Below, in pieces: positions 30,918 to 32,000 of a DNA stretch of 32,000 nucleotides. Where the stretch lies: NCBI RefSeq assembly GCF_009557235.1, contig NZ_CP045650.1, positions 2,735,766 through 2,767,765 on the forward strand. Direction: 5' to 3'. The position numbers and the translations under genes were made by a program. Numbering within the stretch: position 1 is the stretch's first letter; each line of letters starts with the position of its first letter. The DNA is from Acinetobacter wanghuae. Lineage in GTDB: Bacteria; Pseudomonadota; Gammaproteobacteria; Pseudomonadales; Moraxellaceae. The notes beneath the pieces were generated by a model that was not told the origin of the DNA, did not search any database, and saw only the letters and a list, made by a program, of their open reading frames with translations.

Positions 30918-31310
30918 CTACTTTTGTGGGGAGGGTGCTATTTTTGTATGCTTTTTGGCAAGACGATTAAGCTTCTGCCAAGCAAATTGTAATTGCTCAT
31001 GCAACTCTGCATTAGTCACTGTATCAATGCCCATTTTTGGCAGAATCACAATGTCTAAGTCATTTAATTGCTGTTGATGCAGGCGAAAACTTTCGCGAGC
31101 AAGTCGTTTTACTCTATTTCGTTCGTGTGCGCGGCGCACTTTCTTCTTAGCAACAACTAAACCCAAACGGCTATTGGCCAGTTCGGAAGGTTTTGCAAGA
31201 AATAAGAAATGGGGTTGATGCACTTTAAAAAGCGCACCATCAAACACACCTTTATAATCCGCAGCACAGCGTAAACGAACGTCTGTACCGAAGCTATAAA
31301 GTTTTGTCAT
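30918..31310 (-). CDS. rnpA: Ribonuclease P protein component
   Basis: It has the basic RNR-like motif [22 protein letters not shown] and sits between rpmH and yidD. The ORF track starts at a TTG (31319); I use the ATG at 31310. Confidence 0.92.
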   Translation of the reverse strand: MTKLYSFGTDVRLRCAADYKGVFDGALFKVHQPHFLFLAKPSELANSRLGLVVAKKKVRRAHERNRVKRLARESFRLHQQQLNDLDIVILPKMGIDTVTNAELHEQLQFAWQKLNRLAKKHTKIAPSPQK

Positions 31311-31339
31311 AACACCCAAAATCGACTTAGCGAAACTGA

Positions 31340-31474
31340 TTAAACAGTTAAGCTATGACGACCTTTTGCACGACGGCGAGCTAATACTTGACGACCAGCT
31401 TTAGTAGCCATACGAGCACGGAAACCATGAACGCGCTTACGCTTTAATTCAGACGGTTGGAATGTACGTTTCAT
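31340..31474 (-). CDS. rpmH: 50S ribosomal protein L34
   Basis: [44 protein letters not shown] (44 aa) with GGAG 8 nt upstream. The 67-aa ORF-track version is an upstream over-extension. Confidence 0.97.
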
Positions 31475-31543
31475 ATCGAAACTCCAAAAAATGATCTTTC
31501 TATGAAGGTCCGCGATTTTAGTGCTCATTGCTTGAGCTGTCAA

Positions 31544-32000
31544 TGCAAATCAGATTTTCTTTTTTAGATAGGACTGATATTCAATAAATATGATGAACTT
31601 TTCTAGAAAGGTTTTAAATGTCATAAATGGAATTAATCACAAATTAAGTATTTGTTTTAAATAAATTAAATAATTACCAACATGTATATCAACAGAGTTA
31701 TCCACATAGTTATTATTAGTTCATCTCTGAAACCCTAGATTTAAATTTAAAACACTGCAAATTATCCACAGAAATCTCTTTTGTTATTATTAAATTCAAA
31801 TTTATAAATTTAAGTATATTACTATTAGGGCGGCTTTTTTCTGTGGAGATGTACATTTTAATATTTTAAATTAATATTTTACACTGTGGATAACATTGTT
31901 TTTAATATTCTTATACTTTGTGGATAACTTTATGATATATTTTATCCACAGCATGCGGATAAACTTATCCACATGTGATTTTAAATTTAAATTTATTCAC
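31544..32000. other. Chromosomal replication origin region (oriC / dnaA upstream region), truncated by the window end
   Basis: Perfect DnaA boxes TTATCCACA lie at 31698-31706, 31762-31770, 31942-31950 and 31965-31973 (+). Perfect boxes TGTGGATAA lie at 31885-31893 and 31919-31927 (-). There is an 8/9 box TGCGGATAA at 31954-31962 and a very AT-rich stretch at 31786-31882. The position next to rpmH is canonical for Pseudomonas/Acinetobacter-type origins. Confidence 0.85.

Overview
This window looks like an origin-proximal chromosomal segment of an AT-rich gammaproteobacterium. The gene order (mnmE-yidC-yidD-rnpA-rpmH beside a DnaA-box-rich intergenic region), the rRNA signatures and the AT bias fit Acinetobacter/Moraxellaceae. 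That assignment is inference from memory, not a search result. Left to right the window holds: two tandem paralogous aromatic-acid-type MFS transporters (-); a complete rrn operon on the minus strand (16S, tRNA-Ile GAT, tRNA-Ala TGC, 23S, 5S) with a candidate promoter and terminator; a YczE-like membrane protein; tyrS; anmK; a periplasmic lytic murein transglycosylase; a ~650-bp non-coding gap; purK-purE; a DUF486 membrane protein; mpl; an orphan membrane ORF; two YjdJ-type mini-GNAT paralogs; a SotB-like MFS exporter; a yybP-ykoY (Mn2+) riboswitch with terminator in front of a TerC/Alx-family gene; guaD; hpt; a YeaQ/GlsB-type small membrane protein; a DsbC/DsbG-family isomerase; a parS site; another MFS transporter; then mnmE, yidC, yidD, rnpA, rpmH and the beginning of oriC, with at least 6 perfect DnaA boxes. 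I see no CRISPR array, transposase, integrase, phage, toxin-antitoxin or recognisable defence genes, so the protein-coding content is ordinary core housekeeping. The unexplained signal is non-coding. The gap between the transglycosylase gene and purK (13478-13853) carries 14 copies of a 12-bp AT palindrome (TTTRAATTYAAA), a perfect DnaA box and an R2-type DnaA box. One DnaA-box/6-nt/12-mer module there has the same architecture as a module in oriC about 18 kb away. I cannot name a described system that explains this; it may be an origin-related regulatory locus or an operator/nucleoid-protein array. Secondary observations are small deletions at universally conserved rRNA positions (probably assembly error), two unannotated small transmembrane ORFs and some perfect palindromes. 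The ORF track uses GTG/TTG as starts and over-extends several N-termini, so I moved those starts to the ATG with a Shine-Dalgarno or homology-consistent N-terminus. RNA and terminator coordinates are hand-counted and good to a few nt.
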